Positions 37,264 to 46,525 are shown, counted from the stretch's first letter. The stretch: DNA of 64,000 nt from Gammaproteobacteria bacterium (GCA_036555065.1 DATBLZ010000161.1:10531-74530), one strand, 5' to 3'. Numbers and translations are program-made. The notes: a model not told the origin generated them from the letters alone.

Positions 37264-39918
37264 TCAGAAAACGCCCTCGCCGTACGCCTCGGCCACGAGG
37301 TTCTCGAATTTCGTGTATTCGCCGAGGAACGTGAGGTGGAACTCCCCGGTCGGGCCATTCCGCTGCTTGCCGATAATGATGTCGGCGACACCCTTGCGCG
37401 GCGTGTCGGGCTCGTAGACCTCCTCGCGATAGATGAAGACGATGAGGTCAGCGTCCTGCTCCAGGGCTCCGGAGTTATGCGTAACGAGGCCGTCGGCGAG
37501 CCAGTTCGCGGGACCCGGGACCGTGAGATCGAACACGTCTTCCTCGCCGTCGGGAGTGACGGCTACGACGCGATCCCAGAAAACGTCCGACTCGGACCAT
37601 TCGCCAATCTCCGGGGCTTCCCGGAGGCGAGCGTAGTCGGCAACCATCTCCCTGCCCGGTGCAAACGTGGAGTGGCGGCTTCCACCGTAGGCCGTACCAC
37701 GCATTCGTGCCATGGCCCGGGTGGTGACGCCGCGCACACGCATTTGTCCGCGGATCGCGCCGAAGCTTTCGAGCGGTAGCGTAGCGACGTTCGGATTCGG
37801 CTCGATCGCCGATAGGTACCGCTCGAGCTCCGCGACAGACCCTGCGCGCGGCCCAAAGCCGCCGACGACGGCACAAAATCTGCGCTGGGCTTCGCTGCCG
37901 CTGACATCGACCGAGAACACGGGTCGGTACCCGGGAGTATGGACGACGCGCAACCGCGCGACGATTCCCAGGCGCAACAGCAACGCCGCGACATCGTGAG
38001 CGAGTCGCGTGCTCGACGTCGAGAAGTGGACATTGGGCGCGCCGCGGCTTCCGGGCCTGCGCAGCGTGACCGAGCCAGCGGTTGCCCACAGGTGCCGCAA
38101 CAAAAGCGCGATCTGGTCATCCGCGAGCGCGAATACGGCTCCTGGCAGGTGCTTCTCGTGCGAGCGCTGGCCGAAAATCCCGAGACTCTTGAGCCACGCG
38201 CCGACACCGGCCGGGTGCCAACGGTTGCCATTGCCGCTAATAAGGAGCTGATGCCACCGGTCGCGACCTGCATAGCGCTTCACCTCGGCCCCAAAAGACT
38301 GCGCCGCCTCACGGACGGCCGTGCTGTTATCCTCCGATGCCGTCGCATAGCGTAAGGGTTGGTTCGACAGATAGCGGCCGTCCCCAACCAGATGCCCCAG
38401 CAAGATCAGATGATGTTCGGGCCAACGCAGCGGACGGGCAGGTTCCGGCACGCGCCGCGCCAGCGCGAGCCGGTGCCCCGGCGCAAGCGCTGCGACCTTC
38501 GTCCACCCGCTCCCGCTCAACAAGCGATGCTCGGCGGTCGCGCGAATCGACCGGCCGCTCGCGAGCTGCACACGGAATACAGGCTTGCGCCCCACGCGCC
38601 ATATCTTGTCGGTGACTGCACGCGTAAAGCGCTGGTGCTCATCGAGGGACCACACTTCCGCTGTCGCCCCGACTAGACTGCGGATCGGCACACGCCGTCC
38701 GTCCGCGCAACACACGAGAGTATCGCCGGTGACGCACTCGCGAAGATCCGACATCACCGGACGCTTGTCGGTGCGCTGCTCGACGCTGCGGTTGAGCTGC
38801 GAGATTGCGATCACGGGAACATCGAGCTCTTTCGCGAGCGCCTTGAGCGAGCGCGAAATCTCGGAGATCTCGGTCGCGCGGTTCTCGACGGTGCCGACGA
38901 CCTGCATGAGTTGCAGATAATCGATCACGATGAGCCCCAACCCATGTTCGCGCTTCAAGCGCCTCGCGCGGGCGCGAACCTCGGTGGGAGTCAGCGACGA
39001 GCTATCGTCGATATGGATCGGCGCGCTCGACATCATCGATACGGCTGAATCGATGCGCGACCAATCCTCGTCCGAGAGCCTCCCGCGTCGCAAATTCGAC
39101 TGGTTGACGCGCCCGATCGAGCCGATCATCCGGAACGTCAGCTGCTCGGCCGACATTTCCATGCTGAATATCGCAACGGGTATTTGCTTGCCGATGGCCG
39201 CATTCTCGGCGATATTGATCGACAACGTGGTTTTTCCCATGGATGGTCTCCCCGCAACGATGATGAGGTCACCGCGCTGGAGTCCCGCCGTGAGCGAGTC
39301 CATCTCGTTAAAGCCCGTCGATACGCCTGTCACGTCAGCGCCCGCGTGGCTCAACATGTCGAGCCGATCGATCGTTTGCGACAAAACCTGTTTGATCGGC
39401 ACGAAACCCGCGCCGCGGCGCTGCCCGCGCTCGGCGATCTCGAACACGCGCTGCTCCGCGAGATCGACGAGCTCGCCGACGGTCCGGCCCTCGCTGTTGT
39501 GCACGCTCGTCGCAATATCCCCGCCGATTTGGATGAGCTCGCGCGCCATCGCATGCTCGCGGATGATGTTGGCGTAAGCGCGCACGTTGGCCGCGCTCGG
39601 CGTCTCCTCGACGATGCGGGCGATGTAGTCGAGCCCGCCTGCGGCCGCGAGCTCGCCGAGGCGCTCGAGATGCTCGCTGACCGTGACCGCGTCGGGCGGC
39701 TGCCCGCGCTCGACGAGCGTGCCGATCGTCGTAAAGATCAGGCGGTGGTCGGCGCGGTAGAAATCCTCGGCGCGGACGGCATCGGCAACTTGGTCCCATG
39801 CGCGCTGATCGAGCATGAGGCCGCCGAGCAGCGAGCGCTCGGCTTCGACCGAGTGCGGCGGCAAGCGCAGCCTCTCGGTCGCGCGCCTTGCAAGCTCGGC
39901 GGCAGCCGATTCAGCCAT
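37264..39918 (-). CDS. dnaB: Replicative DNA helicase DnaB, interrupted by an intein (precursor 884 aa; spliced product 463 aa)
   Basis: N-extein: ...GRPSMGKTTLSINIA...ISQLNRSVEQRTDKRPVMSDLRE. C-extein: SGALEQDADLIVFIYREEVY...GKQRNGPTGEF. The two join into a normal DnaB. Confidence 0.95.
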   Translation of the reverse strand: MAESAAAELARRATERLRLPPHSVEAERSLLGGLMLDQRAWDQVADAVRAEDFYRADHRLIFTTIGTLVERGQPPDAVTVSEHLERLGELAAAGGLDYIARIVEETPSAANVRAYANIIREHAMARELIQIGGDIATSVHNSEGRTVGELVDLAEQRVFEIAERGQRRGAGFVPIKQVLSQTIDRLDMLSHAGADVTGVSTGFNEMDSLTAGLQRGDLIIVAGRPSMGKTTLSINIAENAAIGKQIPVAIFSMEMSAEQLTFRMIGSIGRVNQSNLRRGRLSDEDWSRIDSAVSMMSSAPIHIDDSSSLTPTEVRARARRLKREHGLGLIVIDYLQLMQVVGTVENRATEISEISRSLKALAKELDVPVIAISQLNRSVEQRTDKRPVMSDLRECVTGDTLVCCADGRRVPIRSLVGATAEVWSLDEHQRFTRAVTDKIWRVGRKPVFRVQLASGRSIRATAEHRLLSGSGWTKVAALAPGHRLALARRVPEPARPLRWPEHHLILLGHLVGDGRYLSNQPLRYATASEDNSTAVREAAQSFGAEVKRYAGRDRWHQLLISGNGNRWHPAGVGAWLKSLGIFGQRSHEKHLPGAVFALADDQIALLLRHLWATAGSVTLRRPGSRGAPNVHFSTSSTRLAHDVAALLLRLGIVARLRVVHTPGYRPVFSVDVSGSEAQRRFCAVVGGFGPRAGSVAELERYLSAIEPNPNVATLPLESFGAIRGQMRVRGVTTRAMARMRGTAYGGSRHSTFAPGREMVADYARLREAPEIGEWSESDVFWDRVVAVTPDGEEDVFDLTVPGPANWLADGLVTHNSGALEQDADLIVFIYREEVYEPDTPRKGVADIIIGKQRNGPTGEFHLTFLGEYTKFENLVAEAYGEGVF
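37474..38736 (-). mobile_element. DnaB intein (421 aa) with a LAGLIDADG homing-endonuclease domain
   Basis: It starts CVTGDTLV (Cys1 codon at 38736..38734). Block B is RATAEHRLL. The LAGLIDADG motifs are LLGHLVGDG and LLRHLWATAG. It ends ...GLVTHN (Asn codon at 37476..37474), followed by the +1 Ser. Confidence 0.9.
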
Positions 39919-39921
39919 GCG

Positions 39922-40380
39922 CTACTCGGTTTGATCGACGGATTCGATGATGACGGTGACCGGGACGTTGATGTCCGCGTGCAAATGGAGATCCACGTGG
40001 TGCTCGCCGAGCACGCGCAGCGGGCCACTCGGCAGTCGGACCTCGCTACGCTCGACCGCAACGCCGAGCGCCGCGCAGGCCTCGGCGATATCCACTGTGC
40101 CGATCGAGCCGAAGAGCTTGCCTTCCGTGCCCGCCTCCGCGTGCAGGCGCAGCACCGCGCCCACGAGCTTCGCGGCGCGCTCTTTTGCGGCGGTGAGCTC
40201 GCCTTCGGCCTTTTTCTCGAGATCGGCGCGAATCTTCTCGAACTTCGCGATGTTCTCGGGCGTTGCGAGCGTGGCCTTTCCTTTAGGAATTAGGAAGTTA
40301 CGCGCGAAACCTGATTTCACTTTGACGCGGTCGCCGATGCCGCCGACGTTGTCGACCTTATCCAACAATATGACTTCCAT
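39922..40380 (-). CDS. rplI: 50S ribosomal protein L9
   Basis: [44 protein letters not shown]... Confidence 0.96.
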   Translation of the reverse strand: MEVILLDKVDNVGGIGDRVKVKSGFARNFLIPKGKATLATPENIAKFEKIRADLEKKAEGELTAAKERAAKLVGAVLRLHAEAGTEGKLFGSIGTVDIAEACAALGVAVERSEVRLPSGPLRVLGEHHVDLHLHADINVPVTVIIESVDQTE

Positions 40381-41242
40381 GGTTCTTCCTTGGACGCAAC
40401 GCGAAAATATTATCGACCAACCCGATGACGCTCAAACCCCCGAACGGAATCACGGCCCACGGGGTCACGAACAGTATATACACCGGCCAGAGCCACGCCG
40501 CATTCCAGCGACGCGCGTGCACCCAAGCGTGCACCACGGCGACTCCCTGAAACAAGAACGCAAACAGGGCAATCGGCGCCAGATTCTGCACGAGCGGCGT
40601 CTCCGCGACGAACGCGATGCCGACGACGATGATCGCCGGGATGCCGAGGACGCGCCCCAAGCGCAATGCCCGGAATTCCGGCCCGAAATAGGGCTCCGCG
40701 CGCGCCAGCCCGAACGCCCAATAACCGAGAAACAACGCGCCCACCGATTGCAAGAAGGCCGCGGCGAATGTCATGCCCGGCAACAACGGGCCAAAGCTCT
40801 CGATCAACGCAGCCTGCTCGGGTGGCGCCGCGTTTCCCCACACGAAGTCGGTGATTCTCTCGGCGAGCAAGCGCGCCAGAACCTCGTGCTCCGGTCCGAA
40901 CACCGTGACCGCGGCCGCGATCAGGGCCGTTGCGAGCACCGCTCCTTGGAATGCGAGCACGAGCAGCCCGCCCCAGCGCAGCAACGCCCCGATCAGCGCT
41001 CCCGTCAACATCGTCGTTCCGCCGACGACGGCGACCTCGCGCCATTGGCCCCCGGTCACGACCGCGAGCAGCGCAAGCGCGGCGCTCGCCGCGAGCGCCG
41101 TAAGCAGGCCGTCGCGGGCCCCTCGATGGAGCGTATCGAGCACCATCAGCGCCGGCGCAACCGCGGGCAGCGGCGAGAACACGATCGCCGCGAGCACCAA
41201 CCAGTAGCGCTGAGACAGCACCCATTGAACGAATACCCTCAC
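40358..41242 (-). CDS. Polytopic inner-membrane protein between rpsR and rplI (family not recognised)
   Basis: About 290 aa of TM helices. The track start at 41326 would overlap rpsR. In-frame GTGs at 41242 and 41221 are candidate starts. The same gene position exists in Pseudomonas (rpsF-rpsR-membrane protein-rplI-dnaB). Confidence 0.6.
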   Translation of the reverse strand: MRVFVQWVLSQRYWLVLAAIVFSPLPAVAPALMVLDTLHRGARDGLLTALAASAALALLAVVTGGQWREVAVVGGTTMLTGALIGALLRWGGLLVLAFQGAVLATALIAAAVTVFGPEHEVLARLLAERITDFVWGNAAPPEQAALIESFGPLLPGMTFAAAFLQSVGALFLGYWAFGLARAEPYFGPEFRALRLGRVLGIPAIIVVGIAFVAETPLVQNLAPIALFAFLFQGVAVVHAWVHARRWNAAWLWPVYILFVTPWAVIPFGGLSVIGLVDNIFALRPRKNHGSHIVG

Positions 41243-41264
41243 CGGGCGCCTCGCCCGTACGTCG

Positions 41265-41489
41265 TCAGTGCTGATCCGTATAAGGCAACAAGGCCAGGAA
41301 TCGCGCGCGCTTGACCGCGGTCGCAAGCTGCCGCTGATAGCGGGCGCTCGTCCCCGTGATGCGGCTCGGCACTATCTTGCCGGTCTCGGTGATATTGGCC
41401 TTGAGCGTCGCGAGATCCTTGTAGTCGATCTCCTCGACGCCTTCGGCGGTAAACCGGCAGAACTTCTTCCGTCGAAAATAGCGTGCCAT
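41265..41489 (-). CDS. rpsR: 30S ribosomal protein S18
   Basis: From the ATG at 41489: [74 protein letters not shown]. Confidence 0.96.
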   Translation of the reverse strand: MARYFRRKKFCRFTAEGVEEIDYKDLATLKANITETGKIVPSRITGTSARYQRQLATAVKRARFLALLPYTDQH

Positions 41490-41501
41490 CTCTTTCCCTC
41501 C

Positions 41502-41525
41502 TGTGGGAGCGGCTTTAGCCGCGAC
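41502..41525. repeat. REP-like hairpin element in the rpsF-rpsR spacer
   Basis: tgtgggagcggctttagccgcgac, with a GCGGC-TTTA-GCCGC stem-loop. Confidence 0.6.
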
Positions 41526-41529
41526 TCCT

Positions 41530-41982
41530 CTACCGCTCGGTGGGCTCATCGGGGACCTCCTCGACTTCCTCGACCGGCTCGTCGCTGCTCGCGGCATCCT
41601 GGTAGTCGCGGCGCGGTCGCGTGTCGCGGCCGGTCACCTGAGCCTCGCGCGCCTTCTCTTCCTCGTGCGCCTGCGCGATCGGCGAAGGCTCGGTAATCGC
41701 CTTGTCGCGGTGGATCACGAGGTGGCGCAGGACGGCATCGCTGAACCGGAACGCGCCGGTGAGCTCGTCGAGCGCGGCCTGCCCGCACTCGATGTTCATG
41801 AGCAAGTAGTGTGCTTTGTGGACTTTAGCGATGGAATGGGCCAGCTGCCTGCGACCCCAGTCTTCTTGGCGGTGAATCTTTCCGCCCGAGCCTTCGATGA
41901 GACTCCGGTAGCGCTCGAGCATCGCCGGAACCTGCTCACTCTGGTCAGGGTGGACCAGAAACACCACTTCGTAGTGTCGCAC
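41530..41982 (-). CDS. rpsF: 30S ribosomal protein S6 with a long acidic C-terminal tail
   Basis: The GTG at 41982, preceded by GAGGAG, gives [30 protein letters not shown]... The tail reads ...[17 protein letters not shown]. Confidence 0.93.
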   Translation of the reverse strand: MRHYEVVFLVHPDQSEQVPAMLERYRSLIEGSGGKIHRQEDWGRRQLAHSIAKVHKAHYLLMNIECGQAALDELTGAFRFSDAVLRHLVIHRDKAITEPSPIAQAHEEEKAREAQVTGRDTRPRRDYQDAASSDEPVEEVEEVPDEPTER

Positions 41983-42071
41983 TCGAACTCCTCTCGGTTG
42001 CAAGCCTCCCGACGAGCGGTGAGGCAAGGAGCGATCTAGTTTTAAGGGCGCGCCATGCTACTACAAAAAGA

Positions 42072-42116
42072 ATCGCGGCTAAAGCCGCTCCCACAGCTGA
42101 AGCCGCTCCTACGAGG
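42072..42116. repeat. REP-like hairpin pair
   Basis: atcgcggctaaagccgctcccaca is the exact reverse complement of the 41502 copy apart from one end base. The variant gctgaagccgctcctacgagg follows. The last bases overlap the rlmB stop. Confidence 0.6.
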
Positions 42117-42867
42117 ACGCTTTGGGCGGCGATTGGCGCAGGAGCTCGAACAAGACGATGCCGGCCGCAACCGAAACGTTGAGGCTCGCGACGGTTCCGT
42201 GCATCGGGATGGCGACGAGCTCGTCGCACGACTCGCGCGTGAGCCGCCGCAGTCCCCGGGCTTCGGCGCCGAGCACGAGCGCGATCGGCGGGGCGAGCTT
42301 GGCCGCATACAGCGACTGCGGAGCGGCCGAATCGGCGCCGACGATCCAAACACCGGCGTCCTTGAGCCAGCTGAGCGTACGCGCGAGATTCGGCGCCGTG
42401 AATACGGGCACGGACTCGGCAGCTCCGGTCGCGGCCTTTTGTGCGGCGCCGCCGAGCTTCGCGGAGTGCGCCCGCGGCACGACGACGGCGTCGACGGCCG
42501 CGGCGTCGGCCGTGCGCAGGCAAGCACCGAGATTTCTCGGGTCCTCGACCTGGTCGAGCACGAGGAGTCGGAGCGCTCGGCCGCGAGCGACGACGAGCTC
42601 CTCGAAGTCCTCGACCGTGAACTCCTTGCGGCCGCGGACCTCGAGAATCACACCCTGGTGGCTGCCGCCCTGCGCGAGCCGATCGAGCTCGCTGCGCGCT
42701 ACGTAGCCGACCTCGGCGCCGGCCCGGTGCAGCCCCGCGCCGAGCGCGGCCAGGGGTCCTGCGCCGCGGTCGAGGAGCCAAGCGCGCACGACGTCGTCGG
42801 GCCGCCGCTCGAGCACCGCACGCGCGGCGTGCAAGCCGAAAACGAGCCGTGGACCGGTTTCAGCCAC
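42109..42867 (-). CDS. rlmB: 23S rRNA (guanosine-2'-O)-methyltransferase RlmB (SpoU/TrmH family)
   Basis: 252 aa. VLDQVEDPRNLGACLRTADAAAVDAVVV... and IPMHGTVASLNVSVAAGIVLFE are present. It lies downstream of rnr, as in many gammaproteobacteria. Confidence 0.9.
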   Translation of the reverse strand: MAETGPRLVFGLHAARAVLERRPDDVVRAWLLDRGAGPLAALGAGLHRAGAEVGYVARSELDRLAQGGSHQGVILEVRGRKEFTVEDFEELVVARGRALRLLVLDQVEDPRNLGACLRTADAAAVDAVVVPRAHSAKLGGAAQKAATGAAESVPVFTAPNLARTLSWLKDAGVWIVGADSAAPQSLYAAKLAPPIALVLGAEARGLRRLTRESCDELVAIPMHGTVASLNVSVAAGIVLFELLRQSPPKASS

Positions 42868-45064
42868 GGCGGCGGCCGCGCTCGCGGCCTCGCGGGCGCG
42901 GGGATTCGACGGGCATGAAGTCGATCTTTCGCTCCTCGAGGTTCACGCCCGCGAGCCGCACGCGCATCCGCTCCGTGAGCCCGTAGGTCGTGCCCGTGCG
43001 CTCGCCGACGAGCTTCGTGCCGCTCGGGTCGCGGTGATAGTAGTCGCGCTCCAACGAGCTCACGTGGACGAGGCCGTCGACCTGCATCTCCGGAATGCGC
43101 ACGAAGAGGCCGAACGGCACGATGCTCGACACCAGGACGTCGAACTCCTGCCCGACCTTGTCCTGCATGAAGATGCACTTGAGCTCTTCCTCGACGTCCC
43201 AAACGGCTTCGTCCGCGCGCCGCTCGGCCTGCGAGGTGCGTTCGCCGAGCTGCTCCATCTCAGCCATCGAGTACGCGTAACCCTTCGGGCCGCGGTTCTT
43301 GATCGCCCATTTGATCGCGCGGTGCACGAGCAAGTCCGGATAGCGCCGAATCGGCGACGTGAAATGCGCGTACGCGGCGAGCGCGAGCCCGAAATGACCG
43401 ACGTTCTTCGGCTGATAAACGGCTTTGCTCATCGAGCGGAGCACGACGGTCTCGATGAGATCTGCCTCGGGTTTGTCGCCGAGCTTCTCGAGCACATGGC
43501 TCAGGTGCTTCGGCGCGAGCTTGCCACCGGGCGGCAGCTTGAGCCCGAACGTGCGCAGGAAGAGCAGGAGCTCCTCGAGGCGGTCCGCATCCGGCCCTTC
43601 GTGCACGCGGTAAAGGCTCGGCAAATGCGCCTTCAGTATCTTGCGCGCGGCCTCGACGTTCGCCGCGATCATGCACTCCTCGATGATCTTGTGCGTGACG
43701 AGACGCTCGAGCGGGTGCACGTTCTTGACCTTGCCGTCGTCGCCGAGCTCGATGACGGTCTCGACGAGATGAAAATCGATCGCACCGCGGTGCCGGCGCG
43801 CGCGGTCGAACGCCTTATAGACGTCGTGCAGATACTCGAGCTCCGGCGTGAGCTTCGCGTACCTGCCGCGCCCCGTTCGGTCGTTCAAGAGATCCGCGAC
43901 CTCGGCGTACGTCAGACGCGCTGCAGAGCGCATGACGGCTTCGAAGAAGCGTGACCGCGTGACGTCACCTTTTTGGCTCACGTGCATCTCGCACGCGAGG
44001 CAGAGTCGATCGACGTGCGGATTGAGCGAGCAAAGGCCGTTCGACAACGCCTCGGGCAACATCGGCACGACGCGGTCCGGGAAATAGACCGACGTTCCGC
44101 GCACCTTCGCTTCGCGATCGAGCGGCGTGTCGGTCTCGACGTAGTAGCTGACGTCGGCGATCGCGACGATGAGCCGCCAGCCGCCTTGCGCCGGCTCGCA
44201 GAACACGGCGTCGTCGAAATCCTTCGCGTCCGCGCCGTCGATCGTCACGAGCGGCAAGTTGCGCAGGTCCTCGCGGCCGCGCTTGGCATCCTCGGTGACA
44301 TGGTCGGGAATGCGGCTCGCCTGCTCGACGACCGCTTGCGGCCATTCGTTCGGAATGCCGTGGGCGAGAATCGCGACGTCGATCTCGACCCCCGGATCGT
44401 CCTCGCGGCCGATGACCTGCACGACTTTGCCGATCGCGGGGCTGCGCTCCGTCGGATACTCGATGATCTCGGCGCGCACGATGTCGCCGGGTTTCGCGTG
44501 CGCGTTCGCGCCGCGCGCGATGAGCACCTCGGTGCGCGCGTCGCTCTGCTCGAGCACGTAGTGAATGCCGCGTTCGCGCCGGAACTGGCCGATCACGTGC
44601 GTTTTCGCGCGCGCGAGTATCTCGACTACCTTGCCTTCGCGGCCGCGCGCAGTCGGCTGCGTGCGCACGGCGATCCGGTCGCCGTCCCATAACGTGCGCA
44701 TCTCGCGTCCCGAGAGGTAGACGTCGTCGCTGCCCTCGTCGGGACGCAGGAATCCGAAGCCGTCGCGGTGCGCTTTGACCGTGCCCGTGACGAGGTCGAG
44801 CGCGCGGACGAGACAAAACTCGTGCGCGCGATTGCGCAGCAGCTGGCCGTCGCGAACCATGGCCTTGAGCCGTTGCTCGAGCGCGTGCAGGTGCTGCTCC
44901 GTGCGGATCGCGAACTTGCCGCCGAGCCCTTCTAACGATAAAGGCCCCGGGGCCTTGTCGAGCGCCGCCAGGATGTCGTCGCGGGTTGGAATCGTGTGCT
45001 GGTAGCGCGGCGCGGAAGCAGGCGCCGCGGAGCGGCGTTGCCGGCGCGGCGGTTTCGATTGCAT
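42860..45064 (-). CDS. rnr: Ribonuclease R
   Basis: 734 aa with cold-shock-like domains, an RNB catalytic domain (DGADAKDFDDAVFCE) and an S1 domain plus a basic tail. Confidence 0.95.
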   Translation of the reverse strand: MQSKPPRRQRRSAAPASAPRYQHTIPTRDDILAALDKAPGPLSLEGLGGKFAIRTEQHLHALEQRLKAMVRDGQLLRNRAHEFCLVRALDLVTGTVKAHRDGFGFLRPDEGSDDVYLSGREMRTLWDGDRIAVRTQPTARGREGKVVEILARAKTHVIGQFRRERGIHYVLEQSDARTEVLIARGANAHAKPGDIVRAEIIEYPTERSPAIGKVVQVIGREDDPGVEIDVAILAHGIPNEWPQAVVEQASRIPDHVTEDAKRGREDLRNLPLVTIDGADAKDFDDAVFCEPAQGGWRLIVAIADVSYYVETDTPLDREAKVRGTSVYFPDRVVPMLPEALSNGLCSLNPHVDRLCLACEMHVSQKGDVTRSRFFEAVMRSAARLTYAEVADLLNDRTGRGRYAKLTPELEYLHDVYKAFDRARRHRGAIDFHLVETVIELGDDGKVKNVHPLERLVTHKIIEECMIAANVEAARKILKAHLPSLYRVHEGPDADRLEELLLFLRTFGLKLPPGGKLAPKHLSHVLEKLGDKPEADLIETVVLRSMSKAVYQPKNVGHFGLALAAYAHFTSPIRRYPDLLVHRAIKWAIKNRGPKGYAYSMAEMEQLGERTSQAERRADEAVWDVEEELKCIFMQDKVGQEFDVLVSSIVPFGLFVRIPEMQVDGLVHVSSLERDYYHRDPSGTKLVGERTGTTYGLTERMRVRLAGVNLEERKIDFMPVESPRPRGRERGRRRG

Positions 45065-45085
45065 AGGGGCGGCATCTTAGCCCGT

Positions 45086-45114
45086 TTGACAGCCCCACGC
45101 GCGCTCAAATACAT
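45086..45114 (+). promoter_or_regulatory. Candidate sigma70 promoter for tRNA-Leu
   Basis: TTGACA (45086-45091), a 17-nt spacer, then ATACAT (45109-45114). It lies about 22 nt upstream of the mature tRNA 5' end. Confidence 0.4.
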
Positions 45115-45136
45115 TCGTCCGCCTTCAGCACACCGT

Positions 45137-45223
45137 GCCCAGGTGGCGGAACTGGTAGACGCGCTGGTTTCAGGTGCCAGTGGGGTAAAACCTGTGGAGG
45201 TTCGAGTCCTCTCCTGGGCACCA
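45137..45223 (+). tRNA. tRNA-Leu (anticodon CAG), type II with a long variable arm and encoded CCA
   Basis: The acceptor stem GCCCAGG pairs with CCTGGGC. The anticodon stem-loop is CTGGT-TTCAGGT-GCCAG. The T arm is GGAGGTTCGAGTCCTCT, and the 3' end is ACCA. Confidence 0.93.
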
Positions 45224-45320
45224 AATCAAAGACCACAAGAGACCACATAAGACTACTGATTTATAACCATTTTCCGTGTTTTTTGCTCTTCCCAAGATTG
45301 GCATGAGTGGTCTGATTTGG
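45221..45320. repeat. AT-rich segment 3' of the tRNA carrying an imperfect inverted repeat and GACCAC motifs
   Basis: CCAAATCAAAGACCAC (45221-45236, starting in the tRNA CCA) pairs with GTGGTCTGATTTGG (45307-45320), leaving a 2-nt bulge. AGACCACA is directly repeated at 45230 and 45240. Confidence 0.5.
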
Positions 45321-45388
45321 TCGACAAAATGGAGCGCTTGTGGAGCGTGACGACGGGCTTCTTAAGCCATTGGGAAAACCCAAAATAG

Positions 45389-45679
45389 CGTGACGATTCT
45401 CAGCGGCGAACACTCGGCAGCCGCGACGTCATTAACGGGCTCGGCGTCGAGCCGCCCGAGGACGACAACGACGACGAGATTCTCGATGCCTTGAGGATCG
45501 TCCTCGAGAAGGATCCGTTGGTCGACGCGACCGAGGTCGGCGCTACCTGCACGAACGGGGTCATCACGTTGCGCGGGCTCGCCGACAACGACCGGCAGAA
45601 GCACCTGATCGAGCTCGACGCCTGGTATCTGTTCGGCGTGGACAAGGTCGTCAACGAGCTCGAAATCGCGCTTACGTGA
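45389..45679 (+). pseudogene. BON-domain gene fragment with no canonical start codon
   Basis: The frame is open from 45389: ...DDNDDEILDALRIVLEKDPLVDATEVGATCTNGVITLRGLADNDRQKHLIELDAWYLFGVDKVVNELEIALT. The only canonical start is the TTG at 45491, which lies inside the domain. Confidence 0.55.
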
Positions 45680-45706
45680 CCCGGCTCATTTGCGCTGCGC
45701 CGTTCC

Positions 45707-46525
45707 TCAGGGGCGGCGCCCCAGGGGTTGGCAGCGCCAGCAATAGTAGCCGGTCCGGCCCGCGAGCTTGAACGTCGCGAGGCGCTGTCGGCAACGCGGG
45801 CACCGCCCGCCGGGACTGCGCACGCGCAACAGGAACCCGCGCGGAAGACGCTGCGCGAGGTGCTCGGAGTCCGCCCGGCATTCGATGGCCGCTTTGAGTA
45901 CGCGGCCCGCGCTGCGATGGACGGCCCGGACTTGGGCGGACGTCATGCGCCCGACGGAGGTCAGCGGGTGCACGCGCGCTTGAAAGAGAATCTCATCCGC
46001 GTAGATGTTGCCGATGCCGGCCACGAGCGACTGGTCCATGAGCACCGCCTTGATCGGCGTCGCCGCGTTGCGACCCGCTATGATGCGCTCGAAGGCTCGC
46101 CGGTCGAACCGGCGATCGAGCGCGTCCGGCCCGAGACGGCGCTCCGCGACGAATGTGCGCACGTCATCCGTCAGGCCGATCCGCCCGAGCAGGCGCACGC
46201 TCGTGTAGGCGAGCCCACCGCCATCGCCGAAGTCGATGCGCAGCCGCGTGTATTGCGGCTTCTTGGCGCCTGTCGCAAGCGGTACGAGCGTGCCGGTCAT
46301 GCCGAAGTGCAGCGCAAGCCAACCGTTGCGCTCGAGCCCGAGGAACAGGTGCTTGCCATGGCGGCGACTCGAGACGAACCGGCTCCCTTCGAGTGCCCGG
46401 GCAAGGCCCGCGCGCGAGACGCTTTCGAGCAGGCGCGGCGCATCGAGCGCGACGCGCGCGATCCGTCTGTGGAACACCGCCCGGCTACGGCGCCTGAACA
46501 ACTCGACGTCCGGCAGCTCCGGCAT
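45707..46525 (-). CDS. Fpg/Nei family DNA glycosylase/AP lyase
   Basis: The ATG at 46525 gives MPELPDVELF (catalytic Pro2 and Glu3). H2TH region: LMDQSLVAGIGNIYADEILFQA. C-terminal zinc finger: CPRCRQ...YYCWRCQ. Confidence 0.88.
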   Translation of the reverse strand: MPELPDVELFRRRSRAVFHRRIARVALDAPRLLESVSRAGLARALEGSRFVSSRRHGKHLFLGLERNGWLALHFGMTGTLVPLATGAKKPQYTRLRIDFGDGGGLAYTSVRLLGRIGLTDDVRTFVAERRLGPDALDRRFDRRAFERIIAGRNAATPIKAVLMDQSLVAGIGNIYADEILFQARVHPLTSVGRMTSAQVRAVHRSAGRVLKAAIECRADSEHLAQRLPRGFLLRVRSPGGRCPRCRQRLATFKLAGRTGYYCWRCQPLGRRP

